A stretch of DNA of 64,000 nt from an uncultured Bifidobacterium sp. (GTDB lineage: Bacteria; Acidobacteriota; Vicinamibacteria; Vicinamibacterales; CAVVIG01), in the NCBI GenBank assembly GCA_964386715.1, contig CAYLTD010000008.1, positions 57,123 to 121,122 on the forward strand, read 5' to 3'. The notes under the pieces are model-generated. The model was not told the origin of the DNA and made no database searches. It was given only the letters and a program-made list of their open reading frames with translations. Each line of letters starts with the position of its first letter. The first letter of the stretch is position 1. Of the stretch, positions 1 through 7,336 are shown piece after piece. A program made the position numbers and the translations under genes.

Positions 1-74
1 GCTCGGTCGCCGACTGACAGCGCGCCGACAAGGATCGCCAGCACCGCCGTCGTCAGGCCCCGGATGCGCGTCAC
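1..74 (-). CDS. 5' end of an unassigned CDS that runs off the window (N-terminus VTRIRGLTTAVLAILVGALSVG, signal-peptide-like)
   Basis: GTG at 74..72 overlaps the hydrolase TGA stop (73..71) as GTGA. The N-terminus is hydrophobic. Only about 24 codons are visible. Confidence 0.3.
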   Translation of the reverse strand, partial: MTRIRGLTTAVLAILVGALSVGDR

Positions 75-736
75 TCGACGAGTCCCAGGAACGGCCCGAC
101 TGCTTCCCACATGCGATCGAGGCTCGACGCCAGCTGGTGGTCGTCGTCCAGCAGCGACAGCGTGACGTTCGGGCGTGCGTAGGCGAACTGCTCCACCGTG
201 CGGGGGTCCACGACCGTGTCGCGCAGGCCCTGGAAGATCAGCGTCGGCTGGCGCAGTGCGACGTTGAACGAATCGTATCGGAGGGAATCCTCGTAGAACG
301 CGACGTCGAGCAGGCGCTCCCCGCCCTCCGCGTAGTGGAAGAACGGCAGCGCACCCTTCTGCCGCCACTCGCCGATGCGCTCGGGCGGCAGCAGGTGGTG
401 CCCCGGCTTGGCGAACATCACCGCCGGCGCGAGCAGCACGAGACGCTCGACACGGTCGGTGAAGCGCTCGGCCGCGAGGAGCGCGAGCGTCCCGCCAAGG
501 CTCGAGCCCATCAGGGTAACGGGCGCGGACGCCATGTCGAGGAACCGCTCCACCACACCGAGCATCCGCGTCATGGTGAGCGAGGAAAAGGCGGGGTAAT
601 TCAGGTCCGGGCACACCATGTCGCGTCCGCAGTCGCGGAGGCGCGCCCCGAAGAAGGCCGCCTTGCTCGACGCCGGCGACGATGCGAATCCGTGCAGGTA
701 CAGCACGGGCTCGCGCGCCCCCGGCCGAACGGTCAC
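71..736 (-). CDS. alpha/beta-fold esterase (YqiA-like)
   Basis: I place the start at GTG 736..734, which overlaps the SET-gene stop as GTGA, not at the track start 967. Motifs LYLHGFASSP and GSSLGG (GxSxG nucleophile elbow). 221 aa. Confidence 0.75.
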   Translation of the reverse strand: MTVRPGAREPVLYLHGFASSPASSKAAFFGARLRDCGRDMVCPDLNYPAFSSLTMTRMLGVVERFLDMASAPVTLMGSSLGGTLALLAAERFTDRVERLVLLAPAVMFAKPGHHLLPPERIGEWRQKGALPFFHYAEGGERLLDVAFYEDSLRYDSFNVALRQPTLIFQGLRDTVVDPRTVEQFAYARPNVTLSLLDDDHQLASSLDRMWEAVGPFLGLVE

Positions 737-1125
737 AGGTAGTTCTTGCAGTCGGGACTGCAGCGGCACTTGATCTCCGCCTCGCCGTCCGTGTTGTAGT
801 TGTACGTGAGTTCGTCGCCCTTCTTCAGGGTCTTCGCCGCCCGGATCCAGATGATGCCGTCGATGATCTGGCTGTAGCAGTTCGGCTTGCAGGAGTGGTT
901 GATGAAGCGCGCGACGTTGCCCCCGACCGCGGCGTCGATTGCCGATCGGCTGGTGAGCTTGAAGCACCAGATGTGCCCCTTCTTCAGATAGCGGATCTCG
1001 CGCTTGACGCTCTCCTTGTTGGAGATCTTCTCGCCCTCGTACGCCACGATGCGCTTGTTCTTCGGAATGGACTCGGTCGCGAAGACGCCCCAGCCTTGGA
1101 TCGCGGATTTCCGACGCTCAATCAT
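733..1125 (-). CDS. SET-domain protein (putative protein lysine methyltransferase)
   Basis: 130 aa with GWGVFA, RFINHSCKPN, ELTYNY and a C-terminal Cys cluster CRCSPDC (post-SET-like). GC is visibly lower than in neighbouring genes. Confidence 0.85.
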   Translation of the reverse strand: MIERRKSAIQGWGVFATESIPKNKRIVAYEGEKISNKESVKREIRYLKKGHIWCFKLTSRSAIDAAVGGNVARFINHSCKPNCYSQIIDGIIWIRAAKTLKKGDELTYNYNTDGEAEIKCRCSPDCKNYL

Positions 1126-1168
1126 CGTGCTCTAATGTAACCGATGTCTGCTGCTATAGTGGCGGGAC

Positions 1169-2173
1169 ATGGAAGCCATCTTCTCGGCCTGGGGAAGGAT
1201 CCTCGCCGGCTACAAGCCGGCGCTCTCCATCGAAATCACCCGTGAGTGCCCGCTTCGATGCCCGGGCTGCTATGCCTACGGCGACGATCACCTCGGCGGC
1301 GAGCTGACGCTCCGCCAGGTGCGCGACTACAAAGGGCAGGAGTTGATCGACAACGTCCTGGCCCTGGTCGATCAGCACAAACCGCTGCACGTCTCGATCG
1401 TCGGCGGTGAGCCGCTGGTCCGGTACCGCGAGCTGAACTCGATCCTGCCGGCGCTCGCCGAGCGCGGCATCTACACGCAGCTCGTGACGAGCGCGGTGCG
1501 CGAGATCCCGAAGGAGTGGGCGACCATTCCGCGGATGCACCTGGTCGTGTCCATCGACGGCCTCCAGCCCGAACACGACGCACGCCGCACGCCGGCCACC
1601 TACGACCGCATCCAGAAGCACATCGTCGGTCACAGGATCGTGGTGCACTGCACCGTCACGCGGCAGCAGATCCGGCGTCCGGGATACATCGAGGAGTTCC
1701 TGCGGTTCTGGTCTGCCAAGGACGAGGTCCGCAAGATCTGGATGAGCCTCTACACGCCGCAGATCGGAGAACTCTCCGAGGAGCGGCTCACTCCCGAGGA
1801 CCGGCAGCACGTCGTGGCCGACCTCATGGCGCTGCGCCTGCGCTACCCGAAGCTCGAGTCGCCAGAAGGCATGCTCAAGGTCTACGCGAATCCGCCCGAG
1901 TCGCCCGACGAGTGCGTCTTCGCGCGGACGACGACGAGCGTCTCGGCCGACCTGACCACGCGCATCGAGCCGTGCCAGTTCGGTGGTGCGCCCGACTGCA
2001 CGAACTGCGGCTGCGTGGCGTCCGCCGGCCTCGCCGCGGTCGCCCGCCACAAGCTGTTCGGGTTCGTCCCGGTCGGCACCATCTTCACCGGCTCGGTTGC
2101 GGTCGGCGAGATGGTGCGGCGCCGGCGCGAGAACTCGCCGGCCGCTCCCGAGCCCGCAGGCGCGGCGGGGTAA
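1169..2173 (+). CDS. radical SAM protein with a C-terminal Cys-rich auxiliary region
   Basis: CPLRCPGC matches the CxxxCxxC radical SAM motif near the N-terminus. C-terminal CQFGGAPDCTNCGC. 334 aa. Divergent from the SET operon. Confidence 0.85.
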   Translation: MEAIFSAWGRILAGYKPALSIEITRECPLRCPGCYAYGDDHLGGELTLRQVRDYKGQELIDNVLALVDQHKPLHVSIVGGEPLVRYRELNSILPALAERGIYTQLVTSAVREIPKEWATIPRMHLVVSIDGLQPEHDARRTPATYDRIQKHIVGHRIVVHCTVTRQQIRRPGYIEEFLRFWSAKDEVRKIWMSLYTPQIGELSEERLTPEDRQHVVADLMALRLRYPKLESPEGMLKVYANPPESPDECVFARTTTSVSADLTTRIEPCQFGGAPDCTNCGCVASAGLAAVARHKLFGFVPVGTIFTGSVAVGEMVRRRRENSPAAPEPAGAAG

Positions 2174-2203
2174 TCCAGGACAGGGCCGGCGGGCGCGCCG
2201 GCC

Positions 2204-3133
2204 CTACGATGCCGCCGCGGCCGCGAGCAGCTTCTCGGCCCCGGTCTCCTTCCCTTCCCGCATTCCCTTCAGCGTCTTCCGGACCGCCTTGCGTCCGGAC
2301 GGCGTGGCCGCCCAGTCCTCGAAGAACACCGTGGTCATCTGCTCGACCACCTTGCGGTCCGTCACGATGACACCAACCTCGCGCCGCTTGTCGAGTTCGA
2401 GCTTCCGCAGGCTCTGGCTGCCCACGAAGGCGCGCGCGCCGTCACGGATGATGGCCCGCACGTGCAGCCGCTTGCCCGGGTACTTCTCGAACGGCACCTT
2501 CCACTTGGCCTCGACCTTCCCGATGATCTTCACCTCGACCCCGGCAGCCATCCGGGCGACGAGGATCTTCAGCATCATGTCGTCGGTGAGCCCGGGGTCG
2601 TAGATGAGCAGCTGCCGCCGGGCACCCCGCAGGAACTCGGCGAGCCGCTCGCGCGAACTCTCGGGGCTCACGATCAGGCGCGGGTAGCCGGGCGTATAGG
2701 ACTGGCGGTCGAAGTCCGCGGCGAACAGCTTCGCCGCCTCCTGCACGAGGCGGCGGTTGCGCGACGTGACGCCGAAGCTCCGGCTCTTCTCGAGGTCGAG
2801 GGTCGTGAAGTTGAAGCCAAAGACGTGGAGGACCCGGTTGTCCACGATCATCATCTTCCCGTGGTAGCGCACGAGGTCGTCCGCGGTGCGCGAGACGGTG
2901 ACGCCGCCCTGCAGCAGTTCCAGCTCGAGGCGCCGCAGGTGCTTGTCGCCGCCACGGTTGGTGTGTGCCGTCAGCGCGCGCACGACGACGCCCCGGGCAA
3001 CCGCCGCTTCGAGCGCACGCGCAAGGTCGCTGCGGTCGAGCCGGAAGATCAGGATGTCGATGCACTTCTTGGCCTGCTTGATCGCGGTCAGAATGGGCGC
3101 GATGCCGGCGTCGGGCTGCACGATCAGTTTCAT
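2204..3133 (-). CDS. phospholipase D / cardiolipin-synthase-like two-lobed HKD protein
   Basis: Start at ATG 3133 (MKLIVQPD); the upstream part of the 448-aa track ORF overlaps the opposite-strand gene. HKD motif HGKMMIVD plus a degenerate second copy HVRAIIRD. Confidence 0.8.
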   Translation of the reverse strand: MKLIVQPDAGIAPILTAIKQAKKCIDILIFRLDRSDLARALEAAVARGVVVRALTAHTNRGGDKHLRRLELELLQGGVTVSRTADDLVRYHGKMMIVDNRVLHVFGFNFTTLDLEKSRSFGVTSRNRRLVQEAAKLFAADFDRQSYTPGYPRLIVSPESSRERLAEFLRGARRQLLIYDPGLTDDMMLKILVARMAAGVEVKIIGKVEAKWKVPFEKYPGKRLHVRAIIRDGARAFVGSQSLRKLELDKRREVGVIVTDRKVVEQMTTVFFEDWAATPSGRKAVRKTLKGMREGKETGAEKLLAAAAAS

Positions 3134-3182
3134 GAGTGACTCACGGGCTGGAGGTACGAAGATTGAAGCGTCACGGCACGTG

Positions 3183-3809
3183 ATGATGAGCGCCAGCAAG
3201 TTACTCGCCAACCCAGCCGTCGGCCTCGCCATCTGGGCGCTGGCCGCAGGAACACCTGCAGCGCAGGACACCACGCCGGCGTCCAAGAAGCAGCAGGCGC
3301 CGGTGACCAGCCAGCAAGCCCAGGCAGTCGTCGAGCACTTCACCAAGCGGGTCGAGGCATACGTGGCCGAGAAGAAGAAGCTCGAAGAGGGACTGCCCGC
3401 GATGAAGCCGGGTGCCGTGGGCACCGGTGCCGCGGAGACACACGAGGCGGTGCTCGCGCGGCGCCTTCGCGAGGCGCGGGCGGGGGCGAAGCCCGGCGCC
3501 ATCTTCGGTGACGCGGCGCCATACTTTCGGGAGCTGATTGCGAAGGACATGAAGACGCGCAGCGTCTCCGAGGCCTATGCGCTGCTCCAGGAAGCGCCGG
3601 CGCAGTCGCCGCCCGCCGTGAATGCCAGCTACCCTGAAAAAGCCGCGCTGGCGACGGTGCCGCCTCTGCTGCTCGTGAACCTGCCGCGCCTGCCCGACGG
3701 CATCGAGTACCGGTTCATGGGTCGCGACCTGATCCTGCGGGATCGGAACGCCAACCTGATTGTGGACTTCATCGCCGGCGTCGTCCCGGCGGTTCGCCGG
3801 GAGAAGTGA
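3183..3809 (+). CDS. hypothetical secreted protein
   Basis: Internal ATG at 3183 begins a signal-like N-terminus (MMSASKLLANPAVGLAIWALAAG). The stop overlaps the start of the next gene as GTGA. No recognised domain. Confidence 0.6.
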   Translation: MMSASKLLANPAVGLAIWALAAGTPAAQDTTPASKKQQAPVTSQQAQAVVEHFTKRVEAYVAEKKKLEEGLPAMKPGAVGTGAAETHEAVLARRLREARAGAKPGAIFGDAAPYFRELIAKDMKTRSVSEAYALLQEAPAQSPPAVNASYPEKAALATVPPLLLVNLPRLPDGIEYRFMGRDLILRDRNANLIVDFIAGVVPAVRREK

Positions 3810-4729
3810 GCATGCGGTTGCCCCTGGTTCTCACGTGCGGGCTCGTCCTCGCGGCCGTCGTCGTTGACGCGCAGCAGGCCGCGTTGAGCATCCAGCTGCC
3901 CAACAGGCCCGACACTGTGAAGTTTGCCGCCATCGGTGACAACGGCACGGGCGGTCGCGCGCAGTACGAAGTAGGCGTCCGGATGGCCGAGGCGCAGGAG
4001 CGCTTCCCGTACGACTTCGTGATCATGCTCGGCGACAACATGTACGGCCGCCAGCGCCCGGAGGACTTCGTCACGAAGTTCGAGCGCCCCTACAAAACCC
4101 TGCTCGACCGTGGAGTGAAGTTCTATGCCGCGCTCGGGAACCACGACGAGCAGTCGAACCGCTTCTACAAGCTCTGGAACATGAATGGGGAGCGCTACTA
4201 CACCTACACCAGGAAGAACGTGCGCTTCTTCGTGCTGGACTCCGACTACATGGAACCGAAGCAGCTGGAATGGCTCACCCAGCAGCTCCGGTCGTCGAAT
4301 GACGAGTGGAAGATCGTCTACTTTCACCACCCGCTCTACTCGTCGGCAGGCCGGCACGGCTCGGAGACGGACCTGCGGCTGGTGCTCGAGCCGCTGTTCG
4401 TCCAGCACGGCGTGAACGCCGTGTTCTCCGGCCACGACCACACCTACGAGCGCATCAAGCCGCAGAAGGGCATCTACTACTTCGTCTCGGGGTCGGCCGG
4501 GCAACTCAGGCGCGGCGACCTGCGGCGCACGACGCTGAGCGCTGCCGGCTACGACGAAGACAACGCGTTCATGCTGGTCGAGGTGGGCAAGGATGCGATG
4601 TCGGTCCAGGCGGTGACGCGCACGGGCCGCACGGTGGACTCGGTGACGCTGCCGAGGCAGGAGCGGCGCTCACAGCCGCAGTCCACGGCCGCCGGTTCCG
4701 GTGCACCGCCGCCGGTGGCCGGGCGATAG
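3806..4729 (+). CDS. calcineurin-like metallophosphoesterase (purple-acid-phosphatase-like), secreted
   Basis: Motif series GDNGTG, GDNMYG, GNHDE, HHPLYSS, GHDHTYER. N-terminal signal peptide. Confidence 0.85.
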   Translation: MSMRLPLVLTCGLVLAAVVVDAQQAALSIQLPNRPDTVKFAAIGDNGTGGRAQYEVGVRMAEAQERFPYDFVIMLGDNMYGRQRPEDFVTKFERPYKTLLDRGVKFYAALGNHDEQSNRFYKLWNMNGERYYTYTRKNVRFFVLDSDYMEPKQLEWLTQQLRSSNDEWKIVYFHHPLYSSAGRHGSETDLRLVLEPLFVQHGVNAVFSGHDHTYERIKPQKGIYYFVSGSAGQLRRGDLRRTTLSAAGYDEDNAFMLVEVGKDAMSVQAVTRTGRTVDSVTLPRQERRSQPQSTAAGSGAPPPVAGR

Positions 4730-4735
4730 GGTCGT

Positions 4736-4768
4736 GCCCCGGCGGCGGCACGTGGCGTCCGCCGGGGC
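4736..4768. terminator. bidirectional hairpin between convergent genes
   Basis: GCCCCGGCGG (4736..4745) pairs with CCGCCGGGGC (4759..4768). 10-bp stem, 13-nt loop, no U-tract. Confidence 0.5.
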
Positions 4769-4784
4769 GCGAGCGAAGGGGAGG

Positions 4785-7145
4785 CTAGCGCCCGGAGAAC
4801 CTCACGCGCACCCCGCCGTTGACCAGCCGGGGCGTGCCGATGGTGCTCGGGTAGGTCTGCACGAAGTACTCGACGTTCCCGATGTTCTGCACGCCGAAGA
4901 AGACCTCGAGGTTGCGCCCGAGCATCCGTGAGGCGCTCATGTCGACCATCGTGTATCCCGGCAGCCCGGGGTTGGCGCAGGGCGCGAATGCCGCCACCGT
5001 GCAGCCGTTCGACGGCACGCCCCGCACGTTCTGGTCGTCGTCGTACTGCTGACCCATGAACTGCAGCTGCACCGAGAGATTGATGAAGCGCGGCTCGGTG
5101 TAGGCGGCCTGCAGGGTGCCGCGATGACGCGGCACCTGCGGCAGGAAGCACGCCTCACCGGGGTTGCCCGGGCAGTTGGTCACCAGCGAGGGGTTCGCCG
5201 CGAACTCGCGGACGCGCGCATCGTTGAACAGGTAGCCTCCGCTGAACCGCCACGTGGTGCCGACGCGGTACTCGAGGTCGGTCTGCAGTCCCTGCACGCG
5301 CGTCTTCCCCAGGTTCTGGCGCTGCTGCGTGTTGGTGGCAATGGTGACGTTCGACACGGGATTGCGCACCCGGTTGTCGTACCACGTGGCCCGGACGGTC
5401 ATGTTGCGGACCACCTCGGCGTTGACGCCGAGTTCGGTGCCGACGAGCCGCTCCGGACCCAGGCTCGGGTTGGCGAGCGTGAGAATCGCGCCCACCCGGA
5501 ACTGGCGATACAGCTCGTTGAGCGTGGGCGTGCGGAACCCGGCGGCCACGCTGCCCCACACGTTCAGGCGCGGCGTAATCGAGTACTTCGCCCCGAGCCG
5601 CGGGCTGACCACCGTGTCGGTGCGCCCTGGCAGGTTGGGATTGTTGTTCGCCGTCGGGTTGCCGACGACGCCGTTGACGACGGTGTTCTCGAAGTTGTGC
5701 GCGTTGTAGTTGCGCCAGTGGTCCACGCGCGCGCTGGCCGTGATCGTCATCCGGTCGATCGGCGTGTAGATGTCCTGCAGGAACGCGCCGACGCTGCGCT
5801 GCGTGCCGCCCGAGACGCGGCGGATGTTGCGTGTCAGACCGGTCACCGCGTCGTAGCCGTCCTCCTCACTGTCACCCTCAACCCAGCGCAGGTCGGTGCC
5901 GGCGGTGAAGAAATTGCGCAGCCCGAAGCCGCGCGACCAGGTGAGCGACCCGCCCGCGTTGGTCGTCGGCACGTTCTGCTCGAGCGTCAGCCGCCCGATG
6001 GCGCGCGTGGCGAGGTTGGGGACCGCGATGAAGTTGCTCCGGAACCGGACCGAGTCGACGAACGCCGTGCCCTCCAGGGCGCTCGAGTCGGGCAGCACGA
6101 TGCGCACGCCGCCGTTGCCGGTCTTCCACGTGGTGTCGTTCCCTTCCGGCCGCGTCGGCGCGAAGGTGGTCACCTTGGCGTTGTCGCGCTCCTCGCTGAA
6201 GTAGCCGCCGCGCGCCCACACGCGCACCGCGCTCGTCGGCGCGTACTCGGACTTCACGTTCACGTTGCGGAACAGCACGGCCGCGTTCGTGTCGATGGGA
6301 CCGCGCTCGCTCGCGGCCACCTGGGGGAAGCCGTCGGTGTCGAGCAGGCTGCCGTTCACGGCAGCGCTGACCTTGCCCCACACGTCGCTGGCGAAAAGAT
6401 CGGCCTTGCGCGTGTCGCGATTGCCGTACTGGGGGCGGAACTCGAAGGTCCGCCGCGTGGCGCGGCCGCTCACGACGTTGATGACGCCGCCCATCGCGTA
6501 GTTGCCGTACAGGCTGGAACTCGGCCCCTCCACGACCTCGATCCGCTCGACGTTGTCGAGCGGGATGCGGGTCCAGTACACCCACCCGCCAAACGGATCG
6601 TTGAAGGGCACGTTGTCGAGCATCACGAGCGTCCGGCTCACGCCGCTCGGCCCGATGCCGCGCAGTGACACGCCCTGCGCGGTGGGGTTCGCGGAGAGGC
6701 TGCTCGTGCGCCGGAAGAGGCTGAAGGTCGGGATCTGGCGCAGCACATCGTCGGCCACCACGGCAGGCGACTGCCGGATCTGTTCCTGGCTGACCACGCT
6801 GACGCTGGCGGGGGTGTCGCCGAGGCGTTGCGCGGATCGTGTCGGCGTGACGCTGACCGATTCCATGACCGCTGCCGGCTGCAGGGTGATTTCCACCGGG
6901 CCGCCCGACGCCGACTGCCGCGCTTCGGCGAAGCCGACCGCGCGGACGATGATGGTGGCCTGGTCGGTGGAGGGCTGGATGCTGAAGGTGCCGTCCGGCC
7001 CGGTCTGGGTCCGCTGCTCGCCGGTCGCGGTGCGAACCACGACCGTGGCGCCGGAGACCACGCCGCCGCTGGGATCCTTCACCACCCCGGTGATGGCGGC
7101 CTGCGCGGCCATGGTCAGCGACAACAGAAGTGCCAGTAGCGTCAT
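4785..7145 (-). CDS. TonB-dependent receptor with carboxypeptidase-regulatory-like N-terminal domain
   Basis: Start at ATG 7145 (MTLLALLLSLTMAAQAAITGVVKD), preceded by GAGAGGAA. Plug-like region and beta-barrel, with a C-terminal aromatic residue near the end (RVRFSGR). Confidence 0.9.
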   Translation of the reverse strand: MTLLALLLSLTMAAQAAITGVVKDPSGGVVSGATVVVRTATGEQRTQTGPDGTFSIQPSTDQATIIVRAVGFAEARQSASGGPVEITLQPAAVMESVSVTPTRSAQRLGDTPASVSVVSQEQIRQSPAVVADDVLRQIPTFSLFRRTSSLSANPTAQGVSLRGIGPSGVSRTLVMLDNVPFNDPFGGWVYWTRIPLDNVERIEVVEGPSSSLYGNYAMGGVINVVSGRATRRTFEFRPQYGNRDTRKADLFASDVWGKVSAAVNGSLLDTDGFPQVAASERGPIDTNAAVLFRNVNVKSEYAPTSAVRVWARGGYFSEERDNAKVTTFAPTRPEGNDTTWKTGNGGVRIVLPDSSALEGTAFVDSVRFRSNFIAVPNLATRAIGRLTLEQNVPTTNAGGSLTWSRGFGLRNFFTAGTDLRWVEGDSEEDGYDAVTGLTRNIRRVSGGTQRSVGAFLQDIYTPIDRMTITASARVDHWRNYNAHNFENTVVNGVVGNPTANNNPNLPGRTDTVVSPRLGAKYSITPRLNVWGSVAAGFRTPTLNELYRQFRVGAILTLANPSLGPERLVGTELGVNAEVVRNMTVRATWYDNRVRNPVSNVTIATNTQQRQNLGKTRVQGLQTDLEYRVGTTWRFSGGYLFNDARVREFAANPSLVTNCPGNPGEACFLPQVPRHRGTLQAAYTEPRFINLSVQLQFMGQQYDDDQNVRGVPSNGCTVAAFAPCANPGLPGYTMVDMSASRMLGRNLEVFFGVQNIGNVEYFVQTYPSTIGTPRLVNGGVRVRFSGR

Positions 7146-7336
7146 CTCGCCGTGTTCCTCTCGAAGACGTGGTAATGGGAAGCGATAAAGACCGACAAAA
7201 ACGGGGGGATTATAACAGCCGGTCGCACGGCTGAGGCGCCGTGGCCCGGCAGGAACACCACCGGCTCCCCCGATCACCGCGGGCTGGGCCGGTCACCGCC
7301 CGCCAGCTGCCGCCCCTGCCTCGCCGGGCCTGGCGG

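Noticed and set aside
7209-7234. TATAAT (minus strand, 7214..7209) and hairpin CAGCCG-N6-CGGCTG (7217..7234) between dnaE2 and the TBDR gene
   Set aside because: This is a plausible terminator plus -10 arrangement. However, there is no matching -35 element and the stem is only 6 bp, so I did not list it as a feature.
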